This document shows positions 40,802 through 50,001 of a stretch of 64,000 nucleotides of DNA, in pieces. Every line of letters begins with the position of its first letter. Within the stretch, counting starts at the first letter, position 1. The stretch comes from Candidatus Latescibacterota bacterium (lineage in GTDB: Bacteria > Latescibacterota > UBA2968 > GCA-2709665), in NCBI GenBank assembly GCA_965237675.1, contig OZ250150.1, positions 704,001-768,000 of the forward strand, in the 5' to 3' direction. Under the pieces are notes generated by a model, which was given only the letters and a program-made list of their open reading frames with translations, did not search any database and was not told where the DNA came from. The position numbers and the translations under genes were made by a program.

Positions 40802-41204
40802 GAGCTATGGCTGATCATGCTTTAATTTCGTGTCGTGTGATGTACTCAAATGATCGATAAACGTACTCCCTCGGGATCTTTTCGGAGCGTCCTCTTGGAA
40901 GCAGGTGAATCGCTTGTGTGATGTATATATCCTAACGCTTCATTCCCGCAATGTCGAAGGCGTGGTCAAGCACAATATTGAAGGGTATGTGAGGCAGGTA
41001 ACCCGTTTCCTTCAGCGTGTCTCGGTGCTTAATCGCGGAGGGCCAGTCCAACCAGTGGTATGCAACCAAAAGGGGGCCGGTCTCGTTGTTCGAAATTTTC
41101 TGAATGGGCGCAACATAGTCTCCGTCAAGTCCAACATCGGTGAGTGTCTTATATCCCCGAATCGAGAATCGGCGGCGGCGCGCGATAATGTCGGACCTTG
41201 TCAT
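40802..41204 (-). pseudogene. Decayed gene, possibly uracil-DNA-glycosylase-like fold
   Basis: The frame from MTRSDIIARRR continues through TAG (40932) as DIYITQAIHLLP and through TGA (40815) as SAIAL, then abuts the endonuclease remnant. Fold assignment is tentative. Confidence 0.45.
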
Positions 41205-41671
41205 GTTCGGGTCCTTTGTGTCTAAGTGGTTACGTGCGTCCGGTGTACATACCCAAAATTCTTGACAACTACTTGCTTCTTCAGTAGACTTGCCGAAATA
41301 GAAAGAGGCCGAAACGTTCGGGTCCGTACATCCGCTTCCGGTATCCGAATGGGCGTGTAGCTCAATTTGGGAGAGCATGCGTTGTTAAATTTCGTTGTGC
41401 TAAGCTTATTTCCCCCGGAGGATAGCATTCTCCGACCAATGCTCCTGTCCGCGTCAGGGGCATTTCTTTTGCAGACAACATCAAGCATAACATATAGTTA
41501 TCGATCAGTCAAGGAATTAATCGGGGCGCAGGAAGCGGGTGCTGCATCGCGGCGCGACCGGTGGAACACGGCCTTTTTGTTCATCCCCCGCCAAGGCGTG
41601 TTTAGGCATGCCCGTCCGTCACTGACTGACGAAAAGATGATCGACCGATTCCCCCGGGGAGTCGGCTTCTG

Positions 41672-42475
41672 ATGGAGTTGGAATGGCTGGATGCGATCAC
41701 CCGGGATACGGACCTCGTCGTACCCAAACCGATAGCCACCAGGGAGGGTGAATTACTGACGGTCGCCTCGACGTCCGGAATCCCGGAACCGAGAGTCTGC
41801 GCGCTTTTCCGGTGGGTGAAGGGCCGGTTTTGCGGCCAGCGCGACCTGACCGGGGGACATCTGGAAAGGGTCGGCCGCCTTATGGGCCGATTGCATTGCC
41901 ACGCCGCGGGCTTCGTCCCCCCGCCCGGCTTTACGCGCATGCGCTGGGACGCAGGGGGTCTGCTCGGTGGTGTCAACGGTGGAACGATCGATCTCGCAAA
42001 AGCAATGCTCGATCCGCAAAGACTAGCCATTGTCGACCGGGCAGAATCGATTACGCGCAGCGCGATGGCGCAACTGGGAGAGGATTCGTCCGTGTTCGGT
42101 CTCATACACGGGGATCTGCACCAGATGAACTACGTATTCCTGAAGGGAGAAGCGCGCGCCCTCGACTTCGACGACTGCGGATGGGGCTACTTTCTCGGCG
42201 ATATGGGTGCTACCCTCGGCCCGCTGGTCAGCCGGACCGATTTCGCCTCGCTGCGCGCCGCCTTCCTTCACGGATACAGGAGCGTCCGACCCCTTGATGC
42301 CGGCCACGAGCGAATGCTGACCTCCTTCCTGATCGCAGACCGACTGAGGATCGCCCTGTGGATGTCCGGCCGATCGGACAACCCGGACCTGCGGGACAGT
42401 ATCGAGGGATTCGTACGGGACCGGGTCGACCAGATTGACGAAATGATGCGCTGGAGACCCAATGTCTTCGAGTAA
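41672..42475 (+). CDS. Aminoglycoside phosphotransferase / type II homoserine kinase-like kinase, probably 5'-truncated
   Basis: ELEWL, GLIHGDLHQMN, LDFDDCGWG; the N-lobe ATP-binding strands are missing in frame. Confidence 0.75.
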   Translation: MELEWLDAITRDTDLVVPKPIATREGELLTVASTSGIPEPRVCALFRWVKGRFCGQRDLTGGHLERVGRLMGRLHCHAAGFVPPPGFTRMRWDAGGLLGGVNGGTIDLAKAMLDPQRLAIVDRAESITRSAMAQLGEDSSVFGLIHGDLHQMNYVFLKGEARALDFDDCGWGYFLGDMGATLGPLVSRTDFASLRAAFLHGYRSVRPLDAGHERMLTSFLIADRLRIALWMSGRSDNPDLRDSIEGFVRDRVDQIDEMMRWRPNVFE

Positions 42476-43433
42476 CCCGACGCCATTGGTTATAAGTATC
42501 CAACAGAGTCGGGCGACGCTTGCCATCCGTGCGACCTTTAACGGGGAAATTCAGGCGTATACCGTTCCTGAGAGGCAAAGGGTATGCGCAAGATTGAAAA
42601 CCATATACAGATTGCTGAATCCCTGGTCATCCTTTTTGGGTGAAATTCATGACTGCTACATCCGCGTCAGGAAGGCAGCCGGACGCCCGGACATTCACGC
42701 CTTGCTCACTGAAGTCGGCCAGCATTTGTACGCCCCAGTTCATCCGTGGATAGAACCCGCTTCGGAAATTGAGATAGTGCTGGATGAGGAGTGTATTGAC
42801 TATCCCCTGGACGCGCTCTATTACCAGGGTAGGCCTCTATTTTTGCATAAACCCGTTACGTACAGTTTGCACACGCACAGCGACACCGTACTTGCAGTCT
42901 CGGAGCAGTGGAAGGGCCTGCTGATTTCGCATCAGACGTCTGACCCCGAACGGGCCGTTCTGGCGGTCAAGACACTCTTCCCCGGTTCCATCTATTATGA
43001 CGACCTGGACGTCCGCCTCGACGATCTGAAAAACATCGCCGCAGCTGATTTCGTGCTAATCAGCGGTCACGGGGGACCAAAGTCGGGAATTGATCTGGAA
43101 CACATTCGGATTCGCCCCGAGACGCTTGTACAAATGGCGCCCGAACTTGTGTATCTGGACTCCTGCCGTTTAGGTTTACATCTAGGCTTTTTGGAAGACC
43201 TGCACCGATCAGGCACACGGTATTATCTCGCCCCGATTCTGAATAACGAATCGGGCGAGTCCTCCACAAGGACAATCAAGCGGTTCTTCGGTGCTTTGCA
43301 CGAAGGCGAATCTCCGTCGAGCGCACTCTTCCTTGCGCGCAAGAAACTGTATGAACACTACACATCTCTGGGGGACGATTTTAATTTGGTGATGATACGT
43401 GCATTCCCTTTCAGAGTTTATCGGCTAAACTGA
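42462..43433 (+). CDS. Stand-alone CHAT (caspase-like, clan CD) domain protein
   Basis: LYAPV, YPLDAL, ISGHGG (His), VYLDSC (Cys), FFGALHEG...AL..AR, AFPFRVY. Confidence 0.72.
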   Translation: MSSSNPTPLVISIQQSRATLAIRATFNGEIQAYTVPERQRVCARLKTIYRLLNPWSSFLGEIHDCYIRVRKAAGRPDIHALLTEVGQHLYAPVHPWIEPASEIEIVLDEECIDYPLDALYYQGRPLFLHKPVTYSLHTHSDTVLAVSEQWKGLLISHQTSDPERAVLAVKTLFPGSIYYDDLDVRLDDLKNIAAADFVLISGHGGPKSGIDLEHIRIRPETLVQMAPELVYLDSCRLGLHLGFLEDLHRSGTRYYLAPILNNESGESSTRTIKRFFGALHEGESPSSALFLARKKLYEHYTSLGDDFNLVMIRAFPFRVYRLN

Positions 43434-43476
43434 TTGCGAGCCAACTCGAACGCAATCGCTTGAGCGGGAGAAAGAT

Positions 43477-43893
43477 ATGTGCGACGCTTCGATCGTCTAC
43501 AGTGAGGCCCGGGACATACCGCTCGATGCCCTATTGAGGCTCTACTCGGCCAATGAATGGTCTTCCGCGAACAAGCCGAACGAGCTTCACGATGCATTGA
43601 TGAACTCCCACTCTCTGCTGACGGCGTGGGATGGCGTCCGCCTTGTCGGGCTGGGCAATGCCATTTCGGACGGGCATCTCGTTGTCTATTATCCGCACCT
43701 GCTGGTGGATCCCGAATACCAGGGTAAAGGAATCGGATCGGAATTGATGAGAAGACTGAAGGCTATCTACGAAGGCTTCCACCAGCACGTGCTGATTGCG
43801 GATGGAAGGGCGATCGATTTCTACGAAAGATGCGGCTTCACCAGGGCCGGCAAGACAGAGCCGATGTGGATCTACGCGGGAAAGGACCATTAA
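43477..43893 (+). CDS. GNAT family N-acetyltransferase
   Basis: LLVDPEYQGKGIGSELM, FYERCGF. Confidence 0.93.
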   Translation: MCDASIVYSEARDIPLDALLRLYSANEWSSANKPNELHDALMNSHSLLTAWDGVRLVGLGNAISDGHLVVYYPHLLVDPEYQGKGIGSELMRRLKAIYEGFHQHVLIADGRAIDFYERCGFTRAGKTEPMWIYAGKDH

Positions 43894-43896
43894 GCG

Positions 43897-45231
43897 ATGG
43901 GCGAAAAAGATTCGGGCAGCGGACGGGTGTCCCCGGCCTTCCGGGCTACCCTTCGACAGGAACTTGACGTCTGGGTGAACGAAGGCGTTGTCGATTCCGA
44001 TCAGTCCGCCGCGATATCCAAACGCTACGGGCTTAACGAGGTCACGGAGAAGTCCGGCGGCATGGTTGTCCAGGCCCTCTATCTGATCGGGGCCTGCCTG
44101 ATCGGCGGGGGCGCGATCAGCTTCGTGGCGTCACGGTGGGAAGAGATCCCCGTGCCCGTGAGAATGGCGCTCCTGTTCAGTACGCTGCTCGCATTCGAGA
44201 TCGCGGGGTTCTACCTCTGGAAGGTGTCCGGGACCCGAAAAAAACTGGGTGAGGTCCTCGTGGTGCTGGGCGGGCTGGTCTTTGGCGCGAACGTGTTTCT
44301 GATCGCGCAGATGTTCAATCTGCACGGCGAACCATACGGGGCCTTCGGGATCTGGGCGCTCGGAACGGCGGTCATTGCCTTTGCGACGATGAGCGGACCA
44401 TGCATGTTACTGACGTGCGTCACGAGCCTTGTCTGGTTCGTCGGACACACCGAGGGGAACCCTCACGTATTCTGCTGGTATCCTCTCGTGATCGTGGTTG
44501 CCGGTCTTCCGTTTCTGAAGCGTCGCAGCACGCCGGCCTTCGCCGGCGTGATCCTGGCGGCAGGGGCGGCGATTCCGGTATGCGCGGGGTTCGACAGCGG
44601 CGAATCCTGGCCGGCCGCCCTCGCCGTTGCGGGAACCGCCACGCTGGTCTTCGGCGTGGGCCTCCGGTTGGAAAGGATCGAATCGGCCCGGCTTATGGGG
44701 GTCATTGCGAGGATTATCGGGATGGCCGGAATTCTGCTTCTGGCGTATGTGATGTCGTTTCGAGAAGTCGCGAGCGAACTTGCGAAACACCCGTGGGGTT
44801 CAACCGGTTGGTTGTGGACGGTACCCTTCGGTCTGGTCTGCCTGGCGGCAATTGCAGTCTGGAACTCTGTGATTCGGACGCCGCCATCGAGAGACGAACT
44901 GAGACACCGCTCGAAAGCGGTCGTCCTTGCCGGCGTTCTGCTGGCCGCGGGCACGTTGACGATGCAGCCCGTCGGATTCATTCTCGCGGCTCACCTGGCT
45001 GTCGCCGCAATCGGTGCGAGCTTGCTCTATACGGCGGTCAAGATTCATCGACGGACATCTTTCTGGACGGGTCTGTTGCTCCTGTCGTGGGTCGTCTTTC
45101 ACAACTTCATTCAGTGGGAATCCCACCTGCTCCTCAAATCATTCGTCTTCATCGCCTGCGGTATCGGGGTGATTTTCGGAGGAATCCGGTTCGAGCGGCA
45201 TCTCAAACAGGGGGGCGCCGGAAATGGTTAA
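43897..45231 (+). CDS. DUF2157-type multi-pass membrane protein
   Basis: W..EG.V, FVASRWEEIP, FGANVFLIAQMFNL; about 12 TM helices. Confidence 0.85.
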   Translation: MGEKDSGSGRVSPAFRATLRQELDVWVNEGVVDSDQSAAISKRYGLNEVTEKSGGMVVQALYLIGACLIGGGAISFVASRWEEIPVPVRMALLFSTLLAFEIAGFYLWKVSGTRKKLGEVLVVLGGLVFGANVFLIAQMFNLHGEPYGAFGIWALGTAVIAFATMSGPCMLLTCVTSLVWFVGHTEGNPHVFCWYPLVIVVAGLPFLKRRSTPAFAGVILAAGAAIPVCAGFDSGESWPAALAVAGTATLVFGVGLRLERIESARLMGVIARIIGMAGILLLAYVMSFREVASELAKHPWGSTGWLWTVPFGLVCLAAIAVWNSVIRTPPSRDELRHRSKAVVLAGVLLAAGTLTMQPVGFILAAHLAVAAIGASLLYTAVKIHRRTSFWTGLLLLSWVVFHNFIQWESHLLLKSFVFIACGIGVIFGGIRFERHLKQGGAGNG

Positions 45232-45862
45232 GAGATATCTCTGGTTCGCCGCCGCGCTGATCGCGCAGATCGGAATCCTGGCCGCGCTGCCCCTGAATCG
45301 AGGGGATTCGGGAAGGGAAATCTGGCTCCCGGCGAAGGCCACGAATCTTCAACATGTGATGCGCGGCGCCGGCATCCGCATCGAGTATAAATTCGCACGG
45401 ACCGAAGCACATCGCAAACGGGGTGAGACGGTTTACGTCACGTTGAGTATGCAGGCGGATTCCACGTGGGCCGTTGAAAGAACGGGACCGGGGAAACCTT
45501 CAGAGGTTTCTCCGGGAGAGGTCGTGATCCGCGGCAAGACCGCGCATCGATGGGTTCCCATTCACGTTCGTCTTCGACGGGCGGCCTCCGGAGAATGGAT
45601 CGCGGATTCGGTGGTGGCCGGGCAGGAGGACGGACCCTTCGGTTACGGAGAGACGGACCAGACCGTCGCAAGCGGATCGTTCAGGGAGAGATACGTAAAC
45701 TTCGGGATCGGATACTACAATGTGCCGGAGAGATTGCGCAAGCCGATCGTCGAAGACATCATGCAACATCCGGATGAATTCGCAGCGCTCGTCCAGGTCG
45801 ACCCGAATGGTCGCGCGTCGCTCCTTGGTTTCAGAGTTCAGGATCGGGAGTTCAGATTCTAA
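45224..45862 (+). CDS. GDYXXLXY-domain-like membrane-anchored protein (divergent motif)
   Basis: N-terminal anchor, VMRGAGIRIEY at the motif position, GETVYV.L, FGIGYYNVPE; overlaps the DUF2157 gene, its usual partner. Confidence 0.7.
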   Translation: MVKRYLWFAAALIAQIGILAALPLNRGDSGREIWLPAKATNLQHVMRGAGIRIEYKFARTEAHRKRGETVYVTLSMQADSTWAVERTGPGKPSEVSPGEVVIRGKTAHRWVPIHVRLRRAASGEWIADSVVAGQEDGPFGYGETDQTVASGSFRERYVNFGIGYYNVPERLRKPIVEDIMQHPDEFAALVQVDPNGRASLLGFRVQDREFRF

Positions 45863-45918
45863 TCCTTTAATCTTGGGGCATATATACTTAATTTGACAGA
45901 AAACGAAGGAGTGGATCA

Positions 45919-46458
45919 ATGACTGATTTTGAGTGTAGAGATGCAGTTGAGTCTATAAAAAAAAGAATGGATAGACAGGCTGAAAAATGGAGTGCTTTTT
46001 GGAAAGAGAGCGAAAGAGGATTTGCTGTTCTTGCGTGTTCGTATTTTGAATCTTTTTTGGAAGAGGCAATAGATGAGGCTCTAAGTTGTCTTCCAGAGAA
46101 GATGAAAGGATATCTTCGTGGGCAGTATGGTGGAAAGACGGGCTTATTTAAGAAGATTTGTTTTGCTTATACTGTTGGTCTATTGAATGAGGAAATGTTT
46201 CGTGGTCTAATAACTGCCACAGACATTCGGAATAAATTCGCGCATGGAAAAGATCGGCTATCTTTTGATGACAAAGAGATATTTGATGAATTAGAAAAAC
46301 TTAAGTTTGTGGGGAATTGGGCGTTAAATTGGCAGCAATATGGTGGTTTTTTCACTGTGGCGGAAGAGGAGATACGGGAGAACGTAAAGCATGTTAGAGA
46401 GCACTATAAGAACCGGCCCCATAGGATTTCCAGAGCAAGGACATTCTTTGGACAATGA
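45919..46458 (+). CDS. Hypothetical protein, MltR/HEPN-like helical fold
   Basis: AAGGAG RBS; ESERG...SYFE..L, KI.FAY.VGLL, IRNKFAH (RxxxxH); low GC. Confidence 0.65.
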   Translation: MTDFECRDAVESIKKRMDRQAEKWSAFWKESERGFAVLACSYFESFLEEAIDEALSCLPEKMKGYLRGQYGGKTGLFKKICFAYTVGLLNEEMFRGLITATDIRNKFAHGKDRLSFDDKEIFDELEKLKFVGNWALNWQQYGGFFTVAEEEIRENVKHVREHYKNRPHRISRARTFFGQ

Positions 46459-46922
46459 AAACCAGTGTCAAGTTAAGTATATTAAGCCCTTAATTTTCAG
46501 AAACCGAAACTTACATGAATGCACAGGATCGGCAGGACAAAAACTAAATGCGGGTTAAGTGCCAGGGGCGGGACAAATGCTCACTGTTCCGGGCTAAAGC
46601 GAGGAATCCTTACCTCTGTAGACCGCGCAATATCACACTGACCAGTCAGATTCCGCGTTTCTTGTAGATGCTGTCGTACAAGACTTCGCTGGGTCTAAAA
46701 AAATAAAACCGATAATTCAACACAACCACCGGTCTTTGTAAATTGTCCACCTTAATAGTGAACCCTCGCGAAACAGGCATGAGAATTCAACTGAATTCCA
46801 AACCTGGTGGGAGGAGAGTATTCGAAATATGTTCTCTGGGGCGCCGTTTGGATCAATCGTAAGATATCCGTAAACGGGAAATTCGGCAGAGTTGGAAATC
46901 TAATATTAAAGGAGAGACGACC

Positions 46923-47300
46923 ATGAAACTGCTTACACTTTGTCTAACCGCCGTATTCGTCGCATTTTCGGCGCAGGAAATGCAAGCCGAAGACCGTGTT
47001 TCGAAACTCGAAAAGCGCATTATCGAGTTGGAACTTCGAGTTGCGAAACTAGAAAAGTTGTTAAGCGCAACGCAATCCGAACCTACCATACAGATCAAGC
47101 CCGGCAATTACCAAAAAATGGCAAACTGGCGGCGGCTAAGAGTGGGAATGACCAAAGCTCAGGTTAAGGCAATCCTTGGAGATCCCCCACGTCGCAGAGT
47201 ATCTCCGATAGGATTCGACTATTGGTATTATCCTGACGAATTAGGGGCACGGGTTCAATTTGATAGGTCTGGCAAGCTTTCAGGTTGGGACGAGCCTTAA
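46923..47300 (+). CDS. Secreted protein with coiled coil and BamE/SmpA-like domain
   Basis: AAGGAG RBS; signal peptide; LRVGMTKAQVKAILGDP...WYY...VQF. Confidence 0.8.
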   Translation: MKLLTLCLTAVFVAFSAQEMQAEDRVSKLEKRIIELELRVAKLEKLLSATQSEPTIQIKPGNYQKMANWRRLRVGMTKAQVKAILGDPPRRRVSPIGFDYWYYPDELGARVQFDRSGKLSGWDEP

Positions 47301-47522
47301 CCATCCGAAGAGACACGATAAGAGATCGAAGAAACCACAGGCCACCCGCCAGTGGGACTTAAAGTTACATCTCGCAAATGGCCGAAATCCTCATATACGC
47401 GTGAAATTTGCAATCGATGGTTCCACAGTAAATAGATGTTTCACTTATCCGGAATGGAGCTTTTCGCGTAGTATTCTGCATGACTCTCTTGCTTTCGCTG
47501 TCAGTCTGAAGTCTAAAAAGAG

Positions 47523-47559
47523 AGATGGCCTCAAGGGCTCGCGCCCCATGAGGCCATCT
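47523..47559. terminator. Strong hairpin between convergent genes
   Basis: agatggcctca...tgaggccatct perfect 11-bp arms with an inner gggc/gccc stem; no clear U-tract. Confidence 0.45.
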
Positions 47560-47620
47560 GTGTTATATGCTGGATTTCGTTTCCTGAATCTATCCGAATT
47601 CTTCTACCGTCTGGTGTGCA

Positions 47621-47788
47621 TTATTCCTCGTTCGTACCTTCCGAAGGAGGAGGACTCTTGAAAAACGTTCCCTTTGATTCTTCCTCCCTTATCCATCTGA
47701 CGAATCTCTCTTCGGCCTCCCGTCGCCCTCTTTTGCGCCCTCTGTTGAATTGCCACTTTCTGACCGTTTCCGTTAACGCACCCGCCAT
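47621..47788 (-). CDS. Small hypothetical protein or gene remnant
   Basis: Hand translation MAGALTETVRKWQFNRGRKRGRREAEERFVRWIREEESKGTFFKSPPPSEGTNEE; below the ORF-track cutoff. Confidence 0.4.
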   Translation of the reverse strand: MAGALTETVRKWQFNRGRKRGRREAEERFVRWIREEESKGTFFKSPPPSEGTNEE

Positions 47789-47838
47789 GTCAAGTGCCTC
47801 TATGGTAAAGAAGGAAATGACAACTGAACACTATAATC

Positions 47839-48420
47839 TTAACTACGGATAGTAGCGTATTCACCAGTACTTAATCTCCTTAAAATCTCTCGTCCAGCAG
47901 CACCTACTATAAAATCCTTATCGCCAGGTCTTGCCATTACGATCTTACCCATTGGCTCGATACTTCTATCAGAATTTGTTGGAGGGCAACGCTCGCATAC
48001 AAATGTCGTTTGCACGAAATCAAATGACGGTACAAGCTATGCATCGCAAATTGGACAGTAGCACCAAAGATTTGAGATCCCATTTCCAGACCATTGCCAA
48101 CGCCATTTAACTCCATAAATGGTGTCTTCTGTATAATTCCGAAATGAAGGTGTCTTGCTAGCTTGTTTTCTTAAACGTAGTTTAATAGAGCGAAATAAAC
48201 CGGCAATTACAAGAACCACAACAATTAAGATTAACCATACTGGTACTGCATAATCCGTAACTAATATTCGCCCTAACCACAAAACACAACTCCAAACCCA
48301 CCACAATAAATCTAAGAAAAACTCACGTACCAATGGTAACAGAATTATACCACCAACTGTCGTACCAATTATCGTTACAAGAATCCCATTTCGAACAGTG
48401 TATGGTTGTTTATCAGGCAT
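47839..48420 (-). pseudogene. Membrane protein with zinc-ribbon C-terminus interrupted by TAG
   Basis: CPICDA-[TAG 48037]-LVPSFDFVQTTFVCERC... stays open to TAA at 47839; the stop lies between two CxxC pairs. Confidence 0.65.
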
Positions 48421-48522
48421 ATTTCTTCCAAACTATCTCCTACCTCAACACCCATCGCTATCGGAAGGCGTTTCGAAGATTGTACTTTGAGGTTCGAATT
48501 GGGTCAATTTGCGAGATTTCCG

Positions 48523-48711
48523 TTATTTCGCCGATCTGATACTTTCGAGCAAGTCACGCAAGGAATATGCTCCACCCACGGCGAGGATTGTTAAGGCACC
48601 CTCCGCCAACTCACCTTCGCCGAAAAGTCCGACAGCTGCGACCGTAAGAAACCACGCGATGATCACAGCAGCCGCACCCTTCGCCGACAACCTGATTCTT
48701 GGAAGTCGCAT
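48523..48711 (-). CDS. Small two-TM membrane protein
   Basis: AGAGGT RBS then ATG at 48711; basic N-terminus and two hydrophobic segments. Confidence 0.5.
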   Translation of the reverse strand: MRLPRIRLSAKGAAAVIIAWFLTVAAVGLFGEGELAEGALTILAVGGAYSLRDLLESIRSAK

Positions 48712-48897
48712 AATGACACCTCTATATGCTTGTTTTTCCAGATACACCTGAGCATATGTGAAGGTAGGAATCAGTCAAATGAAATTCCGCTTGAGACTGT
48801 GAACAGAAAATGTGCATTTTATATGTAGTTACTCTACATTTATCAAGGCGTTGCAGACACTTATCCCGTTGAATTGCAACTGGAAGATGGACAATTC

Positions 48898-49635
48898 ATG
48901 GCTCAAATACACTACACCCTTAAAGATCTACTGGACGACAAGAATGCTGAACTGTACGAGACCTTGGTCGCAAGGGTGAAGATAAACCTCAAGGTTAGTA
49001 ATGATGACTGTTGGACATCTGTGCTATCAGAAAACGTCGCATGTATCGGAGTACTCGATTCCGCATATCCAGCAGCCTGTTTCTCGCACGAGCTCTTGCA
49101 CATTAAACTCGAACTTGATGGAATGACCCGTCCATTTTTCATTGACAACGAAGACTTCGGCGAATTTGGCAGTGAGCTTATCTCGTTTCTGTACAACGAA
49201 CTCGCCCACCACAAGATGTATCCGGAATTCTTGGAAATGGGGTATTCACCAGAACAGTTCCTTTACGACTCTGACAGAAAGGATCTACGAAGAAGGTTAA
49301 GGCAGGATGTCCCGAAACTCGAACGGAGATGCAGGAAACAGAGTGGCAAGTTACAGGGTGGGCTAGCGGTCTTGATGCCATATCTGATTCTTAAGAGTCC
49401 AAATGACGCCGATAGGCCTATGCTCAGCATCGGAGAGAGGCTTGTGAAGATCGGCGACCCGCGTTTACTGTCTGGTGTAGACAAAGTTCTCGACACTTGG
49501 GTAAAGGCTCCGACTCTTGATTGCTGTCTCAGTCTCGCTCAACTCTTCAAGCTGGCAGGACGCCCCCGAATCGGATTCAGTCTAACTAAATCGTATAATG
49601 ACCTAATTAAAGCCGCGAATGTCGAGATTGACTAA
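48898..49635 (+). CDS. Hypothetical HExxH zinc-metalloprotease-like protein
   Basis: FSHELLHIKL followed by NELAHH; low-GC island. Confidence 0.65.
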   Translation: MAQIHYTLKDLLDDKNAELYETLVARVKINLKVSNDDCWTSVLSENVACIGVLDSAYPAACFSHELLHIKLELDGMTRPFFIDNEDFGEFGSELISFLYNELAHHKMYPEFLEMGYSPEQFLYDSDRKDLRRRLRQDVPKLERRCRKQSGKLQGGLAVLMPYLILKSPNDADRPMLSIGERLVKIGDPRLLSGVDKVLDTWVKAPTLDCCLSLAQLFKLAGRPRIGFSLTKSYNDLIKAANVEID

Positions 49636-50001
49636 GGTAGTTCAATCGCACTGAACAATTCCATTGAAGATTGCCTTTACCACCTTCTCAACGGCCTCGC
49701 AGGCCAAATACGAGAGAATTAATGGAACGTGATCACGACACAGTCGCGCCTTTACCCAAAAACAGCACGCCCGGTCAACACCCGGTGCAGAGAACAAGAA
49801 AACCCACTAATGGTGTATGCTGTATGTGGCCTCGGTAGATTGCCTTCGCCGCCGAATGGGGCGGCAACGAAGAGCATCTCCTCGTTGATTCAGGCGTTTA
49901 AAGGCAACGATCAACCCGCAACTGTGGCTTTATGACCCGATGACGTCCGGGTCCCGTTCACCACGCACCAGATTTCGCCGGATCTGCCCCTCCTTCCGTA
50001 C

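Noticed and set aside
48037-48039. In-frame TAG (also at 40932) as possible pyrrolysine or stop-codon reassignment
   Set aside because: Both lie in decaying AT-rich accessory genes, not at recognised catalytic positions. TAG is a normal stop for intact genes here (e.g. ddl), so ordinary nonsense mutation is more likely.
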